Shown: positions 45,885 to 53,648 of the stretch, in pieces
Position numbering within the stretch: position 1 is the stretch's first letter
Layout of the letters: each line of letters opens with the position of its first letter
IMG/VR virus record: IMGVR_UViG_3300019889_000007
Coordinates: 1 to 64,000 of that record
Direction: 5' to 3' (one strand)
Length of the DNA: 64,000 nt
Source: a virus
Made by a program: the position numbers and the translations under genes
Notes under the pieces: generated by a model
Told to the model about the DNA's origin: nothing
The model's input: the letters and a program-made list of their open reading frames with translations, nothing else
Database searches by the model: none

Positions 45885-46595
45885 GTGGGTATGGGGGAGA
45901 ATGCACCGAAAGAGCTCGTTGATCTCGGCAAGACCATCGCCAAAACCTTCCCCGGCGGGCAATTCTCCGGCGTCATCGGCGACCAAGCCCACGTCTACGG
46001 CTACCACCGGTCCCGCAACGCCCTCAAAGCCGCAGGTAAAACCGGTGACTACTCCCTCCAGTTCGCATTCGACAAATCCGGCAACGGCGACGACGCCGCA
46101 GGCGTCGACACCAACCTCAAACCGGCCGACATGCGGACCGCCACGTCCCGGCTCCTGGCCGCCGCCAAAGCCAAAGACCCACGCCTGGTCGCGCTACGAG
46201 AATTCTTCGGCACCCTCGACGGCAAGAACGTACGCGGCTTCGACCTGGCCAAACACCAAGACTCCAACGGCGCCGACAACTCACACCTGTGGCACCTGCA
46301 CCTGTCGATCAAACGCCGCTACACCCGCAACAAGACCGCACTGAACCTGATACTCGCAGTAATCCGGGGGGACGACCTGATGAGCGCCAAAGACCTGTGG
46401 GCATTCAAAATCCCGCACACCGACACCACGCACCGCGTCACGTACTGGGCCGACCAGAAAGACATGACCGCACAGTCATGGCTAAGGTCCGGCGCCTACC
46501 ACGCCGCGCTCGGGCGGCAGGACATCCTGGCCGAACTCAAAGAAGTGCGGGCCGAAATCGCGGCACTTCGCGCCGAAATCGCCGCCAAGAAATAG
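45885..46595 (+). CDS. Endolysin-like Zn peptidase
   Basis: GVIGDQAH..YH, AAGVD, SHLWHLHLS metal-binding motifs as in actinophage lysin peptidase domains; coiled-coil C-terminus. Confidence 0.7.
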   Translation: MGMGENAPKELVDLGKTIAKTFPGGQFSGVIGDQAHVYGYHRSRNALKAAGKTGDYSLQFAFDKSGNGDDAAGVDTNLKPADMRTATSRLLAAAKAKDPRLVALREFFGTLDGKNVRGFDLAKHQDSNGADNSHLWHLHLSIKRRYTRNKTALNLILAVIRGDDLMSAKDLWAFKIPHTDTTHRVTYWADQKDMTAQSWLRSGAYHAALGRQDILAELKEVRAEIAALRAEIAAKK

Positions 46596-46921
46596 CGCCA
46601 ACGCGAGCGCAGACAGTTCACCACTGGGCTTTCGACATCGTCATGGCCCAGCCTGACGCAGCATCTGGGCGTACGTGTACTGCCCGATGCTGGCGGTACC
46701 TGAGGGACTGACGATCGTGATCCGGTAGGTGCTGTTCTCCACGCTGCCAGTCGAGTAGATGTCTTTGCGGATTACCCACGGGGGCGTATCGAGGTGGCAC
46801 CCGCATTCCAGGACGTACCCGGTGATGACATCACCGGCCACCGTTTGCAGGCGCGTCGTGGTGGCCTGCGGAAACCAGTGCTGGTTCCCGCAGGCCACAC
46901 ACAACTGGCCACTGGAGCAGG

Positions 46922-48577
46922 TCAGAACGGCCACACGGCGTCCTTACCACTCTCCAGGGCCGGGATCATTCCGAAGGCCGCATCGGAAAGTCCACCGAAA
47001 ACGTACCGGTTGGGCGTATCGGGTAGATGCCCGAACTTGTATCCGCCCAAGTTCCACGTGTAAATCGGGATGTTCGCGGGCACGACGTCGTCGATCTTCT
47101 TCGGGACGTCCATGACGACCCGGCCCATGTGGTCGAAACGTCGCCGCGTCTCGGCCCAGTACCGGCTGGCCACACTCAACGCCTGAGTCCACCCCGGATT
47201 GGTCTGCTCATCGGTGATGATGACGACCCGGTCATGCTTGTCATAGGTCATGACCACCGCCAGCTGCGTATCGGTACCGCCCATGTTGCTGAACTTGCCC
47301 ATCGTGCGCAGCACCGAGTCGCCACGGGTGAACGGGATACGTTGATGGGCCGTGCCGTACTGGTACAGGTCAGCCGCCTCGGCACGCAACGCGATCACCG
47401 ACCCGAACAGGCTGGCTTTCTCGTTCAGACCGAGCTGCTTATGGTTGCCGCCGTAGCCGTACGGGAACATCGAGCTGGACTGGTCCACAAGCACCAGGGT
47501 CCGGCCATCGAAAGCTGGCACGCTCGACACTGACACCGCCAGGGCTTTCTCCAGGTACTCGCCCCATCGCAGCGACCCGACGTTCTTGTGCGCCGAGTAG
47601 AACCGGAACGGCAGCTGCCGGGACCGTTTGATCTGATCGGCGCTGGCCAGGCGGTCCTGCACCTGCCGGATCGCGGCATCGGGGAGTCCGGCCTTGTCGA
47701 AGTTCGCGAGGTTACGGATGAGCGCCATGATCCCCATCGACGGGATCGTGGCTTCCCACATTTTCTTTTGGCTCGCACCGATTTGCCCGGCCATGGAAAT
47801 GGAGTCTTCCCACGTCAATCCGGCGTCTGCCAGTTTCGTCGACAGGGTTTGCACGGTGACGTTGTCGATGCCTTCGGCCAGGATCGCTTTACGGACGGCC
47901 CGGTTGGTCCACACCTGCCCCAGGATGCCCAACGGCACGGGAGTGTCAGGGTTGGACCGGTGCTTGGCAATGTACCGGAACAGGGACGACTGCTCTGCTG
48001 AGGCGGGTTTTGGGTGGACCAACGCGATGACGTCGGCGAACCGGAACGTGTTGTTCCGGGAGTCCCACTTCAAGAAGTTGAACTGCGTGTACAAGCGCCG
48101 GACGGCATCGGCGATACCGCGTTTGATCGGCTGCGGGATCTTGCGGCCGTACTTCGTTGTCCAGTACGCCAGGGCTTCAGCGGGCTCGTCAGCGCGCACT
48201 ATCACCGAATCGATGAGCTTTCGGCCGCCCGGCAGGCCCGCGATCCGCATCGCGTCGGCCGCCTCCACCGCACCCACCAACGACGCCGAACGCATGTTGG
48301 CCTTATTGCGTAGCCACGGTAGGAACCGGGCGATCCACTCCGGGTCCACCACGGCCACGGCCTGAATCAGATGCCGGTACCGGTTGTCACGATGATCGGC
48401 CGCCTCATAGAACGCTTCGGTGGACACCATGTTCGACACGGCCAACAGAAACAGTTCAGATCGGGGGTCCCGCGAATAGGCGGGCGCGTTGTGGAAGTTA
48501 CGGCCGTCGGCGACCGCCGATCCCCTGATCGGTGACTTCTGCCGGACGGCAGCGCTGGCGGTGTTGAACTTACCCAT
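46922..48577 (-). CDS. rsr: Ro60/Rsr TROVE-domain RNA-binding protein with vWA domain
   Basis: SELFLLAVSNMV..FYE, NMRS, RADEPAE, KRGIADAV, MALIRNL, RQLPFRFYSA; vWA MIDAS LVDQSSSM, GGTD, ITDEQ. Confidence 0.95.
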   Translation of the reverse strand: MGKFNTASAAVRQKSPIRGSAVADGRNFHNAPAYSRDPRSELFLLAVSNMVSTEAFYEAADHRDNRYRHLIQAVAVVDPEWIARFLPWLRNKANMRSASLVGAVEAADAMRIAGLPGGRKLIDSVIVRADEPAEALAYWTTKYGRKIPQPIKRGIADAVRRLYTQFNFLKWDSRNNTFRFADVIALVHPKPASAEQSSLFRYIAKHRSNPDTPVPLGILGQVWTNRAVRKAILAEGIDNVTVQTLSTKLADAGLTWEDSISMAGQIGASQKKMWEATIPSMGIMALIRNLANFDKAGLPDAAIRQVQDRLASADQIKRSRQLPFRFYSAHKNVGSLRWGEYLEKALAVSVSSVPAFDGRTLVLVDQSSSMFPYGYGGNHKQLGLNEKASLFGSVIALRAEAADLYQYGTAHQRIPFTRGDSVLRTMGKFSNMGGTDTQLAVVMTYDKHDRVVIITDEQTNPGWTQALSVASRYWAETRRRFDHMGRVVMDVPKKIDDVVPANIPIYTWNLGGYKFGHLPDTPNRYVFGGLSDAAFGMIPALESGKDAVWPF

Positions 48578-48606
48578 CGTGAGTCCTTTGTGGCGTACAC
48601 GGGGAG

Positions 48607-48780
48607 GTGCGGCATGAGCCGTCAGGGATCTGAGAAAAAATTGACCGGAGACACGAACCGCTCTGCCGCTGAGCTAACTGACGCTTACACGAAAGTCTTG
48701 GATTCGAACCAAGGACCTGTCTCTTGAAAGGAGAAGTAGCTCCGGTCGTCGCACCAGTGCCCTGACGGCACAAGCCGCAC
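48607..48780 (-). ncRNA. YrlA-like Y RNA copy 3 (class I tRNA mimic with a UUC anticodon-like loop)
   Basis: Minus strand: closing stems; GGTGCGA..GACCGGAG-CTACTTC; hairpin TCTC-CTTTCAA-GAGA; AGGTC; T arm CTTGG-TTCGAAT-CCAAG; imperfect closed acceptor hairpin; D arm TAGCTCAGCGGCAGAGC; CTCCGGTC-AATTTTTTCT. Confidence 0.85.
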
Positions 48781-48935
48781 ATCCCGAGAAAAAAGTTGCC
48801 GGAGAACACGGTGGCTTTGGCCGCTCGCCCACACCGGCCTGTTACGGACCGGCGGCAGGATTCGAACCTACGAGACCTTTAGGGTCACCCATTTGTCAAG
48901 AATGAAGTAACTCCAGCTATCGCACCGGGATGTGC
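48777..48935 (-). ncRNA. YrlA-like Y RNA copy 2 (class II, Ser-like mimic)
   Basis: Stem GCACATCCCG/CGGGATGTGC; GGTGCGA..AGCTGGAG-TTACTTC; TCATT-CTTGACA-AATGG; variable arm GACC-CTAAA-GGTC; T arm GTAGG-TTCGAAT-CCTGC; acceptor hairpin CGCCGGTC/GGCCGGTG; D arm TGGGCGAGCGGCCAAAGCC. Confidence 0.85.
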
Positions 48936-48994
48936 AACACCGAACACCATACCCACACGGTTACGTCTACGCCACGCATTTGCGTGAAGTGGAT

Positions 48995-49150
48995 GTCGCG
49001 CCCACCGAGAAAAGAGAATCGACCGGAGTTGAGAAACTTGCTAGCGGCCTGCCAATTAACCGACAGTAGACTCGCGAAGGGTCTACCGGCAGGACTCGAA
49101 CCTGCACAACCAACGGAAGTAACCCCAGCCTTCACACCGGCGAACACGAC
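48995..49150 (-). ncRNA. YrlA-like Y RNA copy 1 (Gln-like mimic)
   Basis: Stem GTCGTGTTCGCCG/CGGTGGGCGCGAC; GGTGTGA..GGCTGGGGTT-ACTTC; T arm GCAGG-TTCGAGT-CCTGC; acceptor hairpin CGGTAGAC/GTCTACTG; D arm TCGGTTAATTGGCAGGCC; AACTCCGGTC..TCTTTTCT. Confidence 0.85.
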
Positions 49151-49157
49151 AACACTC

Positions 49158-49186
49158 ATAGTAGCCATGTCGTGTCTGCCTGTCAG
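49158..49186 (-). promoter_or_regulatory. Sigma70/HrdB-type promoter for the Y RNA-Ro60 unit
   Basis: CTGACA-N17-TACTAT on the minus strand; the predicted start falls at about the 5' end of the first Y RNA. Confidence 0.7.
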
Positions 49187-49234
49187 CTAGCGGTCCGTTG
49201 CCACCCCAAGAACCGTTGATACGAAAGAGAACCC

Positions 49235-49752
49235 ATGAAACCTCGTCTGGCCGTGACCATATCGTCCTGACCGCGTTCCTGATCGCCTGTGGCGCACCCA
49301 ACCGCGACGTCAGAAACGAAGGCCCCCAAGCCACCGACCCTGCCGACACCTCCAGTGCCACCACGGCCGCCGCCGATACTGACGCGGCCCTCGGCGAAAC
49401 CCTCAACATCGACGAGGAAGCCCGCGTCACCGTCACCGAAGTCGACACGTCAGTGGAGTCGGACAACCAGTTCGATGAGCCTCGCTACGGTGGCTACGCC
49501 TCCGCCGCCGTCGAAGTCGAAGCACTCGAATCGATGCTGGTCACCGTGACCGACTTTAAACTGATCGCCAAAGACGGCACTGCCTACAAATCCATGCTGT
49601 TCGTATACGGGTTCGACGGAGTGCTCGAACATCAGACCATCAAAGCCGGGCAGAAAGCCTCGGGCCTGGTCATATTCGATGTCGACCCGAAAAACCTCGG
49701 CGACGGCGGCCAAATTGAATACGACGGCTCCGCGTACTGGAGCTTCAAATAA
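49235..49752 (+). pseudogene. DUF4352-like lipoprotein with a frameshifted signal peptide
   Basis: RBS and ATG at 49235 give MKPRLAVT; an extra AT at about 49259 separates it from IVLTAFLIAC; Ig-like body with AGQKASGLVIFDV. Confidence 0.6.
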
Positions 49753-49941
49753 CTTACGCCGTATGTCGGCGACGGCGACCCTCCGTGCGTTATCGTCGAT
49801 GTCAGAAGACCCCGGATGACCTCTGCTTGCATGTCACCGGGGTTATTGCATTCTCGCCGCCCGGCCAGCCATCGGGATACTGCGGCACCTGCACCCCGCA
49901 TGCCCCGCCACCTGTCCATCTACCAAGGAGAACACCACAAA

Positions 49942-50394
49942 GTGATACCCAAACGGGTAGTCGTACGTGAAGGAATTTCGTACGGATTCATCGCTGCGGT
50001 CACCATGGCCATCATCGCAATCCTGGCCATCGGATGGTGGGGCTTTAGCGTCCTGATCGCCGAACCCAAAGGCATCGGCGACGAACACAAAGCCGTCAAC
50101 GACGTCGACAACCGCATCCAATCCCAAGAGTGGTTCTTCGACACCTACAACGACATCCTGGCCGCCGACATCAACCTGCAACAGGCCGCCGAAGACAAAG
50201 CCGACAACCCCGGCGACGACTTCCACGCCACCAACTACACCGGCCTGAAATCCCACTGCCAAGGACTCGTCAGCGACTACAACGCCGAAGTCCACAAAGT
50301 AACGTCACGGGACTACCTGGACGAGCAACTGCCCGACAAGATCCTCGACACCAACCCGGCCACAGACTGCAAGGAAGACAACCCGATCCAATGA
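49942..50394 (+). CDS. Single-TM membrane protein
   Basis: RBS AAGGAG; TM helix; NRIQSQEWF..YNA; coupled to the downstream lipoprotein. Confidence 0.7.
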   Translation: MIPKRVVVREGISYGFIAAVTMAIIAILAIGWWGFSVLIAEPKGIGDEHKAVNDVDNRIQSQEWFFDTYNDILAADINLQQAAEDKADNPGDDFHATNYTGLKSHCQGLVSDYNAEVHKVTSRDYLDEQLPDKILDTNPATDCKEDNPIQ

Positions 50395-50999
50395 AAATCA
50401 GCATCGACATCACCAAACGCAGTCTCATCCGCGCCACCGCTTTGATCACCGTTGGCGCCGTATTGACTGTCGCCATCACCGCGTGCACCTCGGCCAGCCC
50501 TGTGCAAGAGAAAAACCAGCAGATCACCGAAGAAGCGTTCGCCCAGCAAGAAGAAGCTGTTGGGTACCCGCTGGACGAGATGACGAACTCGCTGGAACGT
50601 CAGAACCTTCGCGAGCGTCTCCTGCGGTACAACAACCCGAACAAAATTTCCTACATCTACCTGCTGTCCGAAATGGGCGGCATCTACGCCTACTACACAG
50701 TCGAAGGCAAGGTCACGGCCAACGGCTCGCAAATGCTGGCCCAAGACCTGCTGACCAGGAAATGCGACGGCGGCGGCGGTACATGCAGCGAACCCATGGT
50801 CACCACCGGTCCCGGTGACGACGGCTCCTACGGCCCCAGCGAACCCGGCATCTTCTTCTTCACCACCGACGGTGTCATGGTGACCTGGTCAGGCCCATAC
50901 CTGATGACCGACGCGCCCATGAAAATCGACGAAGGATCAGTCACCCTGGAATACCAAGACGGCTCCAAACCCTCTTCCACCAGCGGCGAACAAGACTAA
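50391..50999 (+). CDS. Lipoprotein
   Basis: VLTVAITA-C lipobox; SLERQNL, YIYLLS, GKVT, DDGSYG, GIFFFT. Confidence 0.75.
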   Translation: MKISIDITKRSLIRATALITVGAVLTVAITACTSASPVQEKNQQITEEAFAQQEEAVGYPLDEMTNSLERQNLRERLLRYNNPNKISYIYLLSEMGGIYAYYTVEGKVTANGSQMLAQDLLTRKCDGGGGTCSEPMVTTGPGDDGSYGPSEPGIFFFTTDGVMVTWSGPYLMTDAPMKIDEGSVTLEYQDGSKPSSTSGEQD

Positions 51000-51086
51000 A
51001 GATCCACAAAGGGGCCGGGCGTCGCGCGACGCCCGGCCCTTCTCCTGCCATACCCTCACCCTAACAACCACTACCAAGGGGCACCC

Positions 51087-51404
51087 ATGGCACAAGAGAC
51101 AGATCCACACAGGATCACCCACCAGGAGATACAGCGGCGAGTGCTGCTGCACGACGTCAACGACGAAACCGGCAAGGTCATGACCGGCGTCAGGTACCAC
51201 TTCCTGTCGCTCATGACCACCCTGGCCGACGTCCTGCCAGTGTGCAAAGAGACATCGCGGGCGATCAACAGCCTCGACGACGCCCTGCGTGAATCCATCT
51301 CCGCGCTGGCTCGTCACCAGGACGGCCTCGACCTGGATGCCAGCCACAAACGGCTGATGGACATGGTCAACGCCACCAACACGGACACGGCGACCAATAA
51401 GTAA
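51087..51404 (+). CDS. Acb2/Tad1-like helical hairpin protein (putative anti-defence sponge)
   Basis: EIQRRVLLH..VR..LPVCKETSRAINSLDDA...SALARH fits the H...R...P.sRE.slA.t.LeEa...aaiAr pattern. Confidence 0.5.
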   Translation: MAQETDPHRITHQEIQRRVLLHDVNDETGKVMTGVRYHFLSLMTTLADVLPVCKETSRAINSLDDALRESISALARHQDGLDLDASHKRLMDMVNATNTDTATNK

Positions 51405-51952
51405 AATCCCGAGTCGTAGCCGCTGCGGCGCCATTGGAAGTGTGCCAACCCCAATTGGCCGGGACGCCTGGCCCCGCAGCGGCTACCCCCAGACACAGAA
51501 AAAGCGGCCCGCTTGGGGCCGCCGCGTACCACCGGTCTTACGCGGTTCGCAACTCCGCGTACCTGTCCATTCGGGCAGCCGCCTCAATCACCGCCGAATG
51601 ATCCCCCTCGTGTTCGCTCTTACGCAGACACCAGGCGTCGAAAGCAACGGCGGTAGAGGCCCCACATTCGCCGCAGGCGGCCTGGCGGTGCTTGAACCTA
51701 GGTACGACCGCCGAGAACTCGTGCAGCTCTACGTTGGCCAACCAGGGCGGTGTCATGAGGTCCCCTTCTTTCGGATCGCGACGGCCGCGTTCATCGCCGC
51801 GCAGAACTGTGCGGCAACTTCGCCACTGAACATGACACCCATGAACTCACCCTCGGTGTCGCCATTGCGGTGCCGGTAGATGTTGCGGTCCTGGCTGCGG
51901 CCGACCCGCCACCATTCGTCGGGGTCAAGGATGTCGACAGCCGGTTTCTCAG

Positions 51953-52912
51953 TCATGTTTTCTTCTCCTGCTTTGGGCAGCTGAACGCCGGGTGCGAGAC
52001 GAATGCCTTGTACGCGGCCATCTTCTCAGGAAACGGGTCACCGGCGTCGTCGTATCCCAGCCGTAGACCAGGATCAGCGTGAGTGCCCGGTGAGTCGAAC
52101 ACCATCCACGCTTTTATCTGCGGAAACTTGTCAAAGTTCAGGACCTCGGTGGCCTGGTTGACGTATGACACCGCCGTATTGGAATCCACTTTAGAGATTC
52201 CCCATTCGATGACTCCCAACGGTTTTCCGCTCATCTCGTACTTGTCGAGTTGGGCCAAGAATCCGTTGATGTTCACCGTCAAGTACGGCCGGGCGTTCGA
52301 ACCATAGGCGTTGAACATGATCCAGTCGACCAGGCCATCGCCGGGATACAGCTTGGGGATCAGATGATCCCACTTCGGATAGTTCATGTAGTCGATGAAC
52401 CACACCACGTTGTCGACACCGAGGTTGTCAAACCGAGCGCGAACGTTGGCCCACATCCCCCGGTACTGCGCCGCCGTCCCACACGAACCGCTGCTCTGAT
52501 GACTGACGTCAGGATCTTCACCGACATCGTTCTCCGCCTCGTGGTGCAGCGTCAAGAACACCTTCTTCGGTGCCAACTGCTTGATCTTCTGGGCTGCTGC
52601 GTCGATACGGGTGTTGATCTCGGCGACGTCACCACCGGCGTCGCGCCACAACCGCACCGGCTTCCAATTGTGCACCACAATGGAATCTTGCGTGGTGGCC
52701 CAATCGACCACGTGCGAATCGGAGAACGGCAGCTCCCGACGCGATGCGAACGCGTGCACCATATCGAGCCGACGACCAATCCGCTCCTGGTGGTACTCGT
52801 GCTGGGCCTTGAAGTCTTTACCGACCTGCGGATACCCGGCGGCACGAGCGCCCAACCAGGGACGACAGGAGTTGACCAGGATTTCGTTGACGTCGCAGAC
52901 ATGCTCGACCAT
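51953..52912 (-). CDS. GH26-like glycoside hydrolase
   Basis: HHEAEN (acid/base), NVVWF, YPGDGLVDWIMFNAY, KPLGVIEWG (nucleophile). Confidence 0.8.
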   Translation of the reverse strand: MVEHVCDVNEILVNSCRPWLGARAAGYPQVGKDFKAQHEYHQERIGRRLDMVHAFASRRELPFSDSHVVDWATTQDSIVVHNWKPVRLWRDAGGDVAEINTRIDAAAQKIKQLAPKKVFLTLHHEAENDVGEDPDVSHQSSGSCGTAAQYRGMWANVRARFDNLGVDNVVWFIDYMNYPKWDHLIPKLYPGDGLVDWIMFNAYGSNARPYLTVNINGFLAQLDKYEMSGKPLGVIEWGISKVDSNTAVSYVNQATEVLNFDKFPQIKAWMVFDSPGTHADPGLRLGYDDAGDPFPEKMAAYKAFVSHPAFSCPKQEKKT

Positions 52913-52921
52913 CAGGACACC

Positions 52922-53215
52922 CTACAGTTCGGGAGCCTTTTTCTCGGTGATCGGCTTCTGGTTTCTCCGGGCTTCAGTCTCAGCGATCGCCCTGATCAGC
53001 TCATCCAGCTTCTTGACGCTCTCGGGGTCATCGATCCGGACTTTCATCTCCAGATCTGCCGGGCCGGGCTTACACATGTCGTACACGCGATCGTTGAAAT
53101 CCGAGAGCCTGTTACCGGTGAAATCCAGTGAGTTCCTTATGGACAACAAAATCAACATGACACCGATCAAAGCGACACACACACCGACGAACCCAAGGCC
53201 GACAACGATTTCCAT
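52922..53215 (-). CDS. Small membrane protein
   Basis: N-terminal TM helix; RBS GAGAGG. Confidence 0.6.
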   Translation of the reverse strand: MEIVVGLGFVGVCVALIGVMLILLSIRNSLDFTGNRLSDFNDRVYDMCKPGPADLEMKVRIDDPESVKKLDELIRAIAETEARRNQKPITEKKAPEL

Positions 53216-53465
53216 GCCGTCAAACCTCTCATGAGCACAGGGCGAGGGGCCAGGCTGGTGTGGACCTGGCCCCTCGTTTGGGTGTGTGCAGGCAATACAT
53301 TGACGATGACAGTCACGGGGATGGAACCGGAACCGCCAGAGCGCAGTCTATCGTCATCACCCGTTCGCGCACGGTAGTTGCGTAACAAAATGTCACACAA
53401 CCGTGGCAAACTTGATAAACCCTAAAAACCGTTGGGGCGTCTCTGAGCCGGGACGCCTCAACGAC

Positions 53466-53648
53466 CTAGCAGCCCAGCTCGGTACGAGCAGCCTGCTTCA
53501 GGGCCTCGAAATCGCCAGCGGTCAAGGTCATGACCTGCGAAGTGTGCTTGCTGTCCCGCACGCGCGGAACACCATCGAGAAACCCGATCTCGACACAGTT
53601 GTTTGAAGGCTGGCTGCTCCGGCTTGCTTTCTTCCATTCAGTGTTCAT
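53466..53648 (-). CDS. DUF397 domain protein
   Basis: WKKASRS..NNCVEI..VRDSK. Confidence 0.92.
   Translation of the reverse strand: MNTEWKKASRSSQPSNNCVEIGFLDGVPRVRDSKHTSQVMTLTAGDFEALKQAARTELGC

Noticed and set aside
48607-49150. CRISPR array or ordinary tRNA cluster
   Set aside because: The repeats are degenerate structural scaffolds, not identical repeats with spacers. The T arm precedes the D arm and the acceptor is loop-closed, so these are not canonical tRNAs.
48570-49190. ORFs 48570-48809, 48917-49168 and 48930-49190
   Set aside because: They overlap the structured RNAs and show no protein-like features.
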